From Narcine bancroftii (lineage: Eukaryota), in NCBI RefSeq assembly GCF_036971445.1, contig NC_091472.1:250170001-250234000 (forward strand): DNA of 64,000 bases, given 5' to 3'. Both the position numbers and the translations under genes were made by a program. This document shows, in pieces, positions 48,555 through 60,002 of the stretch; the stretch's first letter is position 1; the number at the start of each line of letters is the position of its first letter. The notes under the pieces are model-generated. The model worked only from the letters and a program-made list of their open reading frames with translations, had not been told where the DNA came from and ran no database searches.

Positions 48555-49354
48555 GAAGATATTTAAAATATAAATAGCTTGGACAAACAGAACCAAGGAT
48601 ATGATGGAGGGTGAGGGTGGTTCGGCAGAAAGTGGTCGAGGTCAAAGGCAGATCAGCTATGATTTTATTGATTGGCAGAGCAGTGCTTGAGGTGGAGTAG
48701 GCTGAGGTAAAGCAAGCTTCGACAACAATTTCTCATTTCTTATGCAAACACACGCTTCCAGTTATCTAACCATCTCTTACTCATTACGCCTGGCATGCAT
48801 AAGAATGTACATTTGAAAAAGTTTATATAATTTTTATCTGTGAGATACTGATGTCCTACCACAGGATTCAAAGCTGCAGAAGATTCCGTGCAAGCTTCAG
48901 TCAGAAGGAAAACACAAAACAAATGAATTAAAAAAAAATCAACTTTGTGTTTTGCTGAATCTGAGATCTTAGACTAAATTATCAAAGTATTTTTTGCAGG
49001 AAGTTCACATGCAGTTGTTCTTGGTTTATTCATTGATGAACTGATGTGTATTTGACTGCAGCCAAAAATATTGAGGAAATATGGGAGGAGTGAACTTGGA
49101 TGTTGATTTGTAATTGAGTTTACTCAGTTTTTGGATGTTTTTGGAAACCAATATTTACCACTAAATATATGTTTCTAAGTGATAATTAGTCTTTTAATTG
49201 TTCAAGAGTAGTTTATATAAATAAATACTTTCAACCATTTTTAAATGTTTCTAAAGATCAGAGCTGTTTGGAAACAATTCTAAGGCTTTTTAACATAATA
49301 AGTGAAGGCAGTTTTTCTGATAATAGTGATTTTAAACCATTACACTCTTTGCAG

Positions 49355-49559
49355 GTGGCAAGGAGACTGTCGCTGAAAAATCACCCAGCTTGCTGTACAA
49401 TGAGTGGTGGTGAAGCCATTGAATATTTGGCCAGAACGGGAAATCGATTGCATGTTGAAATAACACAGCCCATGAGCCGCCACCTGGACTGTGATTTTTC
49501 CTTTTCTGGTCTCCGCAATCAGGTCAATCAAATAATTATCAAAAAGGAAAAGGAAGAAG
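49355..49559 (+). CDS. OSGEPL1: OSGEPL1 coding exon 3
   Basis: CAG|VARRLSLKNHP..MSGGEAIEYLA..CDFSFSGL..KEKEE G|GT; 205 nt. Confidence 0.93.
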
Positions 49560-49649
49560 GTTTTTTGGTCTTTTATATTTTTACTTTATGTGGTTCAATT
49601 CTGATTCATTTTCGTACTCTCTATAAGTTGCATATATTTCTGTAAGCAG

Positions 49650-49798
49650 GTATCCAGAGTGGACAGTTGCTGTCATGTGTGAACGACATCGCTGCTACTG
49701 TACAACATACAGTTGCTGTTCACTTAGCAAGACGTACACATCGAGCCATTCTCTTCTGTAAGAAAGAAGACTTGTTACCTCAATCAAACCCAGCCTTG
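49650..49798 (+). CDS. OSGEPL1: OSGEPL1 coding exon 4
   Basis: IQSGQLLSCVNDIAATVQHTVAVHLARRTHRAILFC..PAL|GTTAGT; 149 nt, after a 90-nt intron. Confidence 0.92.
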
Positions 49799-50399
49799 GT
49801 TAGTATCTCATGCCACACCTATGCACGATTTGGGCACAGTCTGTCAAGTCAAGTTTATTGTCATTTGATTGTACAAGGTCAACCTTTGAAATAGCGTTCT
49901 GCAGTCCTCAGTGCAAAGCATGCAGACACACAACCAGACATAGCTCACATACAGACAAACAATACAGATGCAGGACAAGTATTTTATCTATACAAATAAA
50001 TATCATTTTTTTGCAAATGAGTGGTTAGTGTGAGCAGTTCCTTCAGCGTTCTCACTGCTGCCTGTGCTGGGCATCATGAGGTAAAATGGAAGTGCGTAAA
50101 CAGAACAGTGACAGTAGAAGGAAAGTGCAGAGGAGAACACTTCCAACAGTAGTAGTTTAACATTTACAAAGAAGAAACTGCATAGGAAAGGGCCATTTGC
50201 CCCAGTAATCTGTGCACTTGTTTATGGTCCACACAAGTCTTCTCCCATATCAGCCAATTCTTATGTAGAGTTTCTATTCCTTTGAGTTATCATTCTTTAT
50301 TATGACACCATTGGATAATGATGATGAACACAAGAACTTCTACATAACAAGGAGGGACAGTGAGATGCAGACTCATCTGGTCTGCTTTTGCATATCTGT

Positions 50400-51260
50400 T
50401 AGCAACAAGAGGAAAACAAAAGCTTCAGACGCTGGGATCTTGAGCAGAATTGCTGGAATAACTCAGCAGATCTGACAGCAGTCATGGGGAGAGATGGTCA
50501 GGCTGCAGATTGGGTTTAAACCCTATATCAGGACTAAGAAAAAATAAGTGAAATTTCATGCATAAAGTGGGGGGGGGAGGAGGGAGGAGGGAGGGAGGGA
50601 GGGAGGGAGGGAGGGCCCCGAGATGATAAAATATAGGACAGAGCATGTGAGAGATGGAGAAACAGGGAAGAGATAAACCATTAGGAAGGGACAGAGAGAA
50701 AAAAAGTTAGAGAAAAAAATAAGTACAGGAGGAGGTTTAAAAAAAAAAGATGGAAGTGAGAGTTGACCTAAAATTAGAATGTTCATGCTATTAGGTTTAA
50801 GGGTGTGCAGGAGGAAGATGTCTTCCTCAAGTTTACAATTGGCTTCACCCTGGAAATGGATGAGGCCAAGGATAGACATGTCTTTGTAGGAATGGTTGGG
50901 AGAGTTGAAATGTTTGGCTTCAGAAAACTCAAGTTTAATTGTTGGACAAAGTGGTTGCTCAATCTGTAATGGTCTCATCGATGTTGAGGAGGCCTCACTG
51001 GGTACAAAAAATATAGGTTGGGCAATGTGCACGTGAAGCTCTACCTCACCTGGAATCAGGTAGCAGGATAGCACTAACTTTAGTGTAATCTTATCCTCTC
51101 CACCCTGTTCTCTTTGCAAGGATCATTCCCACAGTAAGTGTCTCTACACCTCCACCTTGACCTCCATCAGGATTACAACAGTGCTTCCAGGTGAGACATA
51201 GCCTTACGTGCTCATCACCCAACCTAATTACTGCATCCAATGTACCCAGTGTGGCCCTCC
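50400..51260. mobile_element. Penelope-like 3' fragments
   Basis: AKHFNSPNHSYKDMSILGL..KLEEDIFLLHTLKPNSMNI (GIY-YIG C-terminus) on -. Confidence 0.6.
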
Positions 51261-51271
51261 TCTACATCAGT

Positions 51272-51842
51272 GGCCCTTTTCACACCCCAGTGTAGAATGA
51301 AGATTCCTGGGAAATGTTCCCAGATCACCCTCTCCTGTGGTGTGAAAAGGCAAATAGCCAAGTAGGAGAAGTCTTGTGACATCAGCGCTTGTTTGCTGCA
51401 TCACATAGGTGATTAAAATTAAAAGATACATACCTTCTGACAACAGCGGGCCCCTTCAATACATCACGATGGCAGCATAATGTGGGATGAATGGCCATCT
51501 ATGTTAACCATATTCCCTCATCTAGCTGGATTTCCCAGAGCAGATCCAGTTGTGTGAGGAATTATAGGCCATTCATCCCGCACTGTGCCGCCATTGCGAC
51601 GCCGGGAAGCGGGGGAGGGAGTGGGTGGACGAGTAACCGACGGATGGGGCTGAACGTACTCTCACTCCTGTGAGTGCATAACCCATTATTGGTTGGGGCA
51701 GTCCCCACCCCCCTAAATTGCTGGGGAGGGCAAATTCCCGGGAATTTGGACTGCAGTGTGAAAGGCCCGGGAGGTCCTGAATTCCCGTAAATTTCACTGG
51801 GACAGCGTAAAGTCACTGCTCGCCTGCGGTGTGAAAACGGTT
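51272..51842. mobile_element. Putative MITE (Harbinger-like termini)
   Basis: GGCCCTTTTCACAC ... GTGTGAAAACGGT with internal GTGTGAAAAGG repeats; GC-rich island within an intron. Confidence 0.45.
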
Positions 51843-52310
51843 CACCAAACACTTATGTCCTGTTTGTGTATCTCAACTTGAGCTTCCTGTAGCCAACCAT
51901 TTTAATTCCCCAACCCTTCCTACAGTGACATGTTGGACCACAGCATTGATATGGCCTCCTGTTTTCTCTGCTTTCTGAAAGCTAATGGCTGCATCTGCTA
52001 GACTAGAGGATCTAATTAAAGGTATAAGTAGACTTTTGTTAGCACAATCTATCAAGTGACATGCACACAGAAATTAAGTGGTCTCTTAAAGAGATGCAAC
52101 AGATTTACATATTGATTTCTTGCACATTTTGTAGTCATTAATTTGCAGGGCATGTTGAAGAGATCTGGGAGAGTATCCAATGCAGCCTTCTGATAAGGGT
52201 TATTAAGGAAACAGGATTACATTTTTATTCATTGACAATTTCCGACAGTTAACATTTTATGTTTCTATTTCTGTAATATTTATTCATGTTTATTCCTTGC
52301 ATCATCTCAG

Positions 52311-52441
52311 GTGGTTTCAGGTGGAGTGGCCAGTAATGAATATATCATAAAAGTTCTGCAGATTGTAACTGACGCAAATGGGATCTCACTGAAGTGTCCT
52401 CCTCCAAAGCTCTGCACAGACAATGGCATCATGATTGCATG
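52311..52441 (+). CDS. OSGEPL1: OSGEPL1 coding exon 5
   Basis: CAG|VVSGGVASNEYI..CPPPKLCTDNGIMIA(W)|GTGAG; 131 nt. Confidence 0.95.
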
Positions 52442-54153
52442 GTGAGAGGAGCATAAGCCAGGATGTTATTATTGTTTGATTCTTTTGAAGAATATTTGAG
52501 TCAAAAAAGCACATACTTGGAATCTTCCAGATTCTTGGTCACAAATGTGTGACAAATTGTCATCTTCAATATTCCAAGAAGCGGTTGAAATTCATCTGGA
52601 CAACTTTGACTTTGTTTTCTATTGGATTGTGGTCCAAATTTCGAAGTAATGATTCTAAAACACTGTAAATAATTTATTTCCCCTTTAGCAGTGTACTTTC
52701 AGCACCTCCTTCAGCTAGTTTTTAGCACTGCTTTAGATCAGCAATAATTTCTAGTACCCCTCCATATAATATGTTACAGAGTCCACTACAAGTAGTAGAA
52801 ACAGGACACTGAATTGCATAAGAAAAATTGAGACATTAGGTAGTTTTTGAATGCAACAAGAGCACTCCAGAGGCTGAATGCACAGCTGTTGCATGGTTTA
52901 ACATTAATCACTTAATTCCTTCCCTCACTATTTGATTGAATCTCAAGGTGTAAGATTATTCTTTAGCTCTTGAACATGTATTTTCTTTATGCAATATATA
53001 TATATACATATACAGTTACATAAATTTCAGCATTTTTAATTAGGAAATTTGTTGATGTAATAGAAAACAATGTCAGATTTTCAACTTGGCATAAGATAGG
53101 TACAGAAAAGGAAGGCCATTTGGCACACCTTGGTCATTTATTCTGAAAGATCCTGCTGTGTGCTCACTGTTTCAGTTGATGCCAAGATTTACTCCTTCAC
53201 TACTTCTCCATATCCTCCCTCCCATCTGAGTAAAAATGATTCATTCATGAGTGAAAGATCAGTTGCCTAGTTCAGTTCTAAAGTTAATACTAATTTGAAT
53301 TGTATTATCTTATTGCATATTCAACTTTTGACGTGAATTTAGACCCTGAGCCTATTACTAACTCGAATACTTCTTCAAGATCTCCGTATTTTATATTGTG
53401 ATTGGAACCAAACTCTATAAGATTATTGTAGTTGCTCTTAGCGATGCTTCCTAGCTTGAGTGTCTTCTTTCATGGTACCGTGCCCTCCAGTACTGAGTAC
53501 AAAATTCAACATGTGATAGAGCAAGATTACAGTTTAAACATGGTGGTCTGACTTTTCTCTAATGCATTGCCTGCATTTGATCAGTTTTATTCCACATCAG
53601 TTACCTTGTCCCATGGGAAGGTGTAAATGAAAAATAGATCAATATAATCTTTTTATACTTTTTTTCTGTTTTCATGAGACATACTCTGCTGCTACTTTTA
53701 ATTTAATATTCACTTCTTATAAGCTGCCCATTTTCTGATATATAGATTTTGATAATGCCTCTTTCCCTATCCGTCTGCCTTCTTTTCTCCAGCTCCCCAC
53801 CCCCTCCAATCAAAGAGCTACTTCCTCCCTCTGTCATCTTAGCTTTTTTTTTCTTCTGCCCTCCCACCTATGACCTCTTACTTGTTGGGATAGGTTCCCC
53901 CGTGCTACTTCTTCCCTCCTCTTCTCTTGAACCCCATCTTTTTATTCAGACACGTACCTGCTTTTTGCTCATAGCTTAACAAAGGTCTCAGGCCCTAAAC
54001 ATTGGTTACCCTTTGCTTTCTATAAGTCCTGCATGATCTGAGTTTCTCCAGAACAATCATGTCTGCAGACTTTCCTGTTTGATAATATTTGTTTTTTATC
54101 AAATGATGTACAACCATTAAAATGATATACACATGTACGTTTCTGTTTTTTAG

Positions 54154-54225
54154 GAATGGCATTGAGAGACTTAGAGCAGGAATTGGTGTTCTGAATAAAC
54201 CAAAAACAATTCGATATGAGCCTAA
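54154..54225 (+). CDS. OSGEPL1: OSGEPL1 coding exon 6
   Basis: TAG|G NGIERLRAGIGVLNKPKTIRYEP(K)|GTGAGT; 72 nt. Confidence 0.92.
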
Positions 54226-54403
54226 GTGAGTAACAATTTTTTAGTTTCTGTTCAAAATCAGTGTGAGTGCAATTTTTTTGATTTTCTGCCATGCTATTTA
54301 AGAATGATGTTCAAAACTGAGGGAAAGGTACATTTGAATATTGTGGCCATTTTTGAGAATGCACTGTTCATATTAATTTACTCTCATTTGTTTTATTTTG
54401 TAG

Positions 54404-54482
54404 AGCCCCTCTTGGAATTAATTTATCAGAGCAAGTCAGGAAAGCAGCACTGAAAGTCCCTCATCTAAAACTGAATAGATGA
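54404..54482 (+). CDS. OSGEPL1: OSGEPL1 last coding exon (TGA 54480-54482)
   Basis: TAG|A APLGINLSEQVRKAALKVPHLKLNR*; phases are consistent; total CDS 1218 nt. Confidence 0.9.
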
Positions 54483-54575
54483 TGAATAGGGCTTCACTGG
54501 GTAGTTGGCCATTTTCAGAATCAACAACTTAAGAACTGCAATAACCCTGAATTTTAATTTAAATAAATACCTGTA

Positions 54576-57500
54576 TCTTGCCCAGCGCGCGCCTGGAGCA
54601 GCGATTATGTTGTCACAATGCACGAAGTGACTGAGCACATGTTGCCCTTAAAAGAGCGGGTGCTGAATTTGAATAAAAACAGTCATTAACAACTTTCAAT
54701 GTGGTGGCTGAGTCTTTCTTGGCTGTGTCCAGCACTACATTGGTGACCCCGTTGAGCCCAGATGCCTCTCTGGTCTTAAGAACATGGATCTGGCAGACAT
54801 CAACACTGTTGCCATCAAACCTCCCCCCTTTTGGACCCATTGCTCGCGTACGTGGTTCGGGCAGGTGGAGGTGCAGTTTCAACTGAGGAACACTTCAGCA
54901 GACGCCACGATGTTCTACCACATCATGAGCGCACTGGACAAAGAAATGGCAGCCAGGGTGGATGATCTAATACACAACCCACCAGCCAAGGGTAAATATC
55001 CTGCCCTCAAGAACCTGGTCCTTGGAACTTTCGGGCTCTCCCCTCAGCAGCGTGCCTCCAGGCTCCTGCATCTCGACGGGCTTGGGGCCCTCACACCATT
55101 GGCCCTAATGGACGAGATGCTGGCGCTAGCGGAGGATCACAAACCTTCCCTATTCCGTTAGATCTTCCTCGAGCAGAGTACATCTACAGGGAACACTGCC
55201 GTCGGTGGGCAGCAGCAATCATTAAAGACCTTCACCACCCAGCACATGCTCTGTCCTCTTTGCTGCCATCAGGAAAGAGGTCTAGGTGCCACAAGACTCA
55301 CACCACTAGGTTCAGGAACAGCTGCTACCCCTCCACCATCAGACTCCTCAATGACAAACTCAATCAGAGATTCATTTAAGGACTTACTTGGGCTGGGAAG
55401 CGCAAGATTGCAAGTGCCGACAAATGTGTGATTACCAGGGGAAACGACCCGGCCAGCCACCATTGATGGCTGTACAGGAGCGGAGCTGAGCGTCCTGCCC
55501 CCCACCACCCTTGAGACATGCATCCGATCTTGTGGTCCCAACCTGCGGGCAGACAACGGTTCCGCCATCAAGACCTTCAGTATCCGCAGGGTGCAGATCC
55601 AGATCGGGAAAAAGAAATTCAGCTGGAAGTTCGTGTTAGCCTCACTGGGTACTATGTTGTTAGGAGCCGACTTCCTGAGGGCACACGGACTGTTGGTCGA
55701 CATGAAGGGCAAGAGGCTGGTCAACGCTTGCACCTTCCATTCGGTGCACCTGGATGCCACAAACACCTGCAGGCCCAAGATCACCGCCATCGCCACTTCC
55801 AGGGATGAGTATTCAAACATACTCCATCGGTTCCCCACCATCCTTCAACCATGATTCAGTACCATCTTACCCCAGCATGGAGTATACCACCATATCTCCA
55901 TGCAGGGCCCCCCACTGCACACCAAGCCCAGATGACTTCCGCCCGAGAAGGTGCAGCTGGCAAAGAAGGAGTTTTCCCAGCTGCAGGCATTGGGGATCAT
56001 CCGTCGCTTGGATAGTGCCTGAGCTTCCCCTCTCCACATGGTCCCCAAATCCAACAGGGACTGGAGATCCTATGGTGATTACCAGCATTTGAACGATGCG
56101 ACCACACCGGACAGATACCCGGTTCCACACATTCAAGACTTCTCAGCCAATCTCCACTGTGCGCAAGTCTTCTCCAAGGTCGATCTGATGCGGGGGTATC
56201 ATCAGATCCCGGTCCACCCCGAGGATATCAGCAAGACAGTGATCATCACCCCCTTTGGCCTCTGAATTACTGTGTATGTCTTTTGGCCTCAAAAATGCGG
56301 CTCAGACTTTCCAGCGCCTCATGGACGCAGTGGGTAGGGACTTGGACTTTGTGTTTATCTACCTGGACGATATCCTTATCGCCAGCCACAACCGCGAAGA
56401 GCACAAGCCCTACCTCCGTACCCTGGTTGCTCATCTGGTGGAGTTTGGCCTCACGGTCAATGTGGCCAAGTGCCAGTTCTGCAAGCAGATACTGCAGTTC
56501 CTGGGGCACACCATCTCGGCAGCAGATGCTGCCCTGGCGCCAGAGAAGGTCGCGGCCATCCAGTGGTTCCCCAAGCCAATCACCCTCAAGGGCCTGCAGG
56601 AGTTCGTGGGGATGGTGAATTTTTATCATCAGTTCATCCCTGGCCCTCCCCGCGCCATTCGACCACTATTCACGTTGATCGCCAATAAGGAGAAAATCTT
56701 GACCTGGTCGGAGGCCCTCGCCAGTGTAACTCTATTGGTGCACCCACGCCCGGTGGCACACACAGCACTCTTGGTGGATGCCTCAGCCATGGCAGTAGGG
56801 GGCGTACTCAAGCAATGGCTCAACGGACAGTGGCACCCGCTGGCTGCCTTTAGTAAACAGCTGTGCCCGCCGGAGCTCAAAAACAGTGCTTTTGACCGGG
56901 AGCTCCTGGCGCTGTACCTGGCCATCCGGCACATTTGATTCTTTCTGGAGGGCAGGCCCTTCATGGTGTTCATGGACCACAAGCCCCTCACACAGGCACT
57001 CACGATGGCCAAAGATCCGTGGTCGGCTTGCAGCAACGCCACCTCTCCCACGTGTCGGAGTTCACCACCGACATCCGGCACAGGGCAGGCAAAGACTGTC
57101 ATGGCAGATGCGCTCTATCATCTGGTGATCAACCCTCTTGCCCCTGGCCTTGACTACACACAGTTGGCACAGGCCAAGAACTGGACACAGAGACGCAGGC
57201 TCTCCGGATCGCCATCTCTGGCCTCGAGCTCCAGGACTTTTAGCTGCCCAACAGCCCGGACACGCTGCTTTGCGACGTCTCCACCAGCTCACTGTGCCCG
57301 GTAGTCCCACCGCAGTGGAGGTCGAGGGTTTTCAGCTTAGTCCATGACCTAGCCCACCCCTCGATGAAGACTTTGGTGCGAATAGTGGTAGAGCGGTTTG
57401 TTTGGCACGGGCTCAAAAAGGAGGTGGCCATTATGACGAGGAACTGCACTAGGTGCCAGGCCTCCAAGGTCCACCGGCATACGCAGACCCCAATCCAGCA

Positions 57501-58577
57501 ATTTGACCTGGCGGTGTGGAGATTTCAGCACATCCATGTTGACGTTGTAGGCCCCCTGCCGGAGTCCAGAGAAGTGCACTATCTTCTCACAATAGTCAAT
57601 CAGACCATGAGATGGCTGGAGGCCGTCCCCATCAAAGAGGTTTCTGCAGAGACGAGCTCCAGGAACCTAGTTAGTCATTGGAACGCTAAGTTTGGAGTCC
57701 TGGCACACATTATCAGTGATGAGCGCCAAGTTCACTTCCGCGATCTGGGCTCAGCTGGCGAACCTCCTTGGGGTTAAACTCCACCACACCACATCCTACC
57801 ACCCGCAAGCAAATGGTTTAGTGGAGAAGTTTCATTGTCATATGAAATCCACCCTCATGGCTCACTTCACCGGTCAGAGAACTGCCCTGGGTCCTCCTCG
57901 GCATCAGAACAGCACCTAAGGAGGACCTACAGGTGTCTTCTGTGGAACTGGTCTACGGCGTGCCGCTCTTGCTGTCCGGTGAGTTCTTTGGCCTAGAGCT
58001 CAACATCTCGTCCGAGCACACAAACCTTTTGGCAGATCTCCGTAAGAAACTATCCTCACTAGCCCCCTGCCTCCTTCGCATCATGGCATCCGGCCGACAC
58101 ATCGTCCCAAAGAGCTGGACTCGACGGAATTCGTATTTGTTGCCTAAGGTCCATACAAGGTCCTCCAGCGGTCCAGCAGGACTTTCTCTTTGGACATCGG
58201 GGGTAAAGATAAACTTTTCACTGTGGACCGTTTGAAGGCAGCGCACTTAGACCTATCACGGCCGGTGTAGACGGCCATGCCTAAACGCCGGGGCTGCCTG
58301 CCGAACCTCGTGGTTGTGTGGCGGCGCAATATTTCATGGCAAACTGGCCCTGCGTGTAATGCCACGTGGTGGGGCAGCCATGGGAAGATGGCGCTGTCAT
58401 GGTTTTCTCCCTGCCTCAAGTCTCCTGCCCAGCGCGCGCCTGGAGCAGCGATTATGATGTCACAATGCACGAGGTGACTGAGCTCATGCTGCCCTTAAAA
58501 GGGGGCATGCTGAATTTGAATAAAAAGTCATAGACTTTCAGTGTGGTGGCTGAGTCTTGGCTGTGTCCAGCACGACA
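54576..58577 (+). mobile_element. Decayed Ty3/Gypsy LTR retrotransposon
   Basis: 5'-truncated LTR 54576-54739, PBS TGGTGACCCCG (Trp) 54741-54751, gag KPPPFW, PR region LLGADFL, RT YPVPHI/FSKVDL/YLDD, RNase H DAS/RELLA, IN HIHVDVVGPLP/YHPQANG; 3' LTR ~58317-58577. Many stops and frameshifts; Rex fragment inserted at ~55175-55390. Confidence 0.9.
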
Positions 58578-59738
58578 TCACAGTTCTTTTTGCCACAGTA
58601 AATTACCAGTTTTAATGCAAGTCTAATTCTGTGAACAAACCTGAAATGTCCTCTTTAATAAGCAAAGATTTGTAAATATATTCAAAGTTGATTTGATAGT
58701 AAACAAAAATGATTCAAGATACTGCTTAAGATTATAAATGAGCATCTATTTCACCAACAATATTAGATTCATTATTTGCATAAAATGAGAGAGCTATTTT
58801 ATATATTTAGGGAAAAGCTTTGAAACTCAAATTCAGGAATAAATTTTATTTTAAAATTATATTTATTTCCCTGTTTTCTTTCATCATAAAGGTGTCAAAT
58901 TAGACTGAGATAGAAAAGAGTTGTACAACAGGGAAACAGGCCCTTTGTCCCAGCAAGTCTACCCACTTTCAAGCACTTATTTGTGATCCACGCTGATTCC
59001 ATTTTATTCTGCCATTCTCATCAACCACTCCAGATTGTACCACTCACCTATAAAAACGATGATTCTGGGATCAGGGAGGATACTGGAGCAGTCAGCACTC
59101 CAGTCTGTCTTGTCTGCGCATAGCTATGATATTTTCACTGACGATCAATGCCACTCCTCTCCCTTTCATCCCTCCTACTCTATCATGTCTGAAACAAGCA
59201 AACCCCAGAACAATGAGCTGCCTCTCCTACAACCAAGTTTCATTAATAGCCGCAATGTCAAAATTCCATTTACCAATCCACACTCCTAAGCTTGTCTCCC
59301 TTTCCTACAATACTCCTTGCATTTAAATAGATGTAACTTAGAACATAATTTCCACCATACACAACCCTTTGATTTCTGTCTTTACCTGTATATGCAGTCT
59401 TAACATCATCTTTTTCATCTTCCAATTCTGTTGCTCGTACCTTGATGAAAAGAATGTCCTAATGAAAATTGGAGAAGTTGATGGTAATTCCATTTGGTTG
59501 GAGAGTGCCCAGCCAGAATATTAGATTCCTCCAGTTTGCGGGTGGCTTCAGTTTCTTAGTGCATGAGCTGATAGACAGACCTGTCAGCATGGAAATGGGA
59601 TGTGGAATTGAAATGGCTGCCCACTGGAAGGTCCCTTTAACAGGAAAGTTTGCAGATACTGCCTACCACTACTTCTGGGTGTTGCACTTTAAAATTCCCA
59701 GTTGGAATGTCTTCAGTGATGCCCATCTAACACAATTG

Positions 59739-60002
59739 GTTTTTTTTTGAAACTTTATTTATTAATTTTAACGTATGAAGAAAGTAAGTAATTCACGTAC
59801 AGAAAAAATACAAAATAAAGTAATACAAGTACAAAGTAACATAGTTAATACAATACCAATCTCAGCATCTCCCCCTAACAACTAAAAACTAAGACTAAAA
59901 AAAAACATTTTTAACCCCTAAACCCCCTTCCCCACCCCTACGATAAAGAGTGAAGAATTAATACTATTAGTATAATTTAAAAAAAAATCTTAAAAAAAAA
60001 AG
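59739..60002 (-). mobile_element. Short 3'-UTR-only L1-like insertion with 15-bp TSD
   Basis: Poly-T then TTTATT at the left; TSD CATCTAACACAATTG at 59724-59738 and 60003-60017. Confidence 0.8.
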
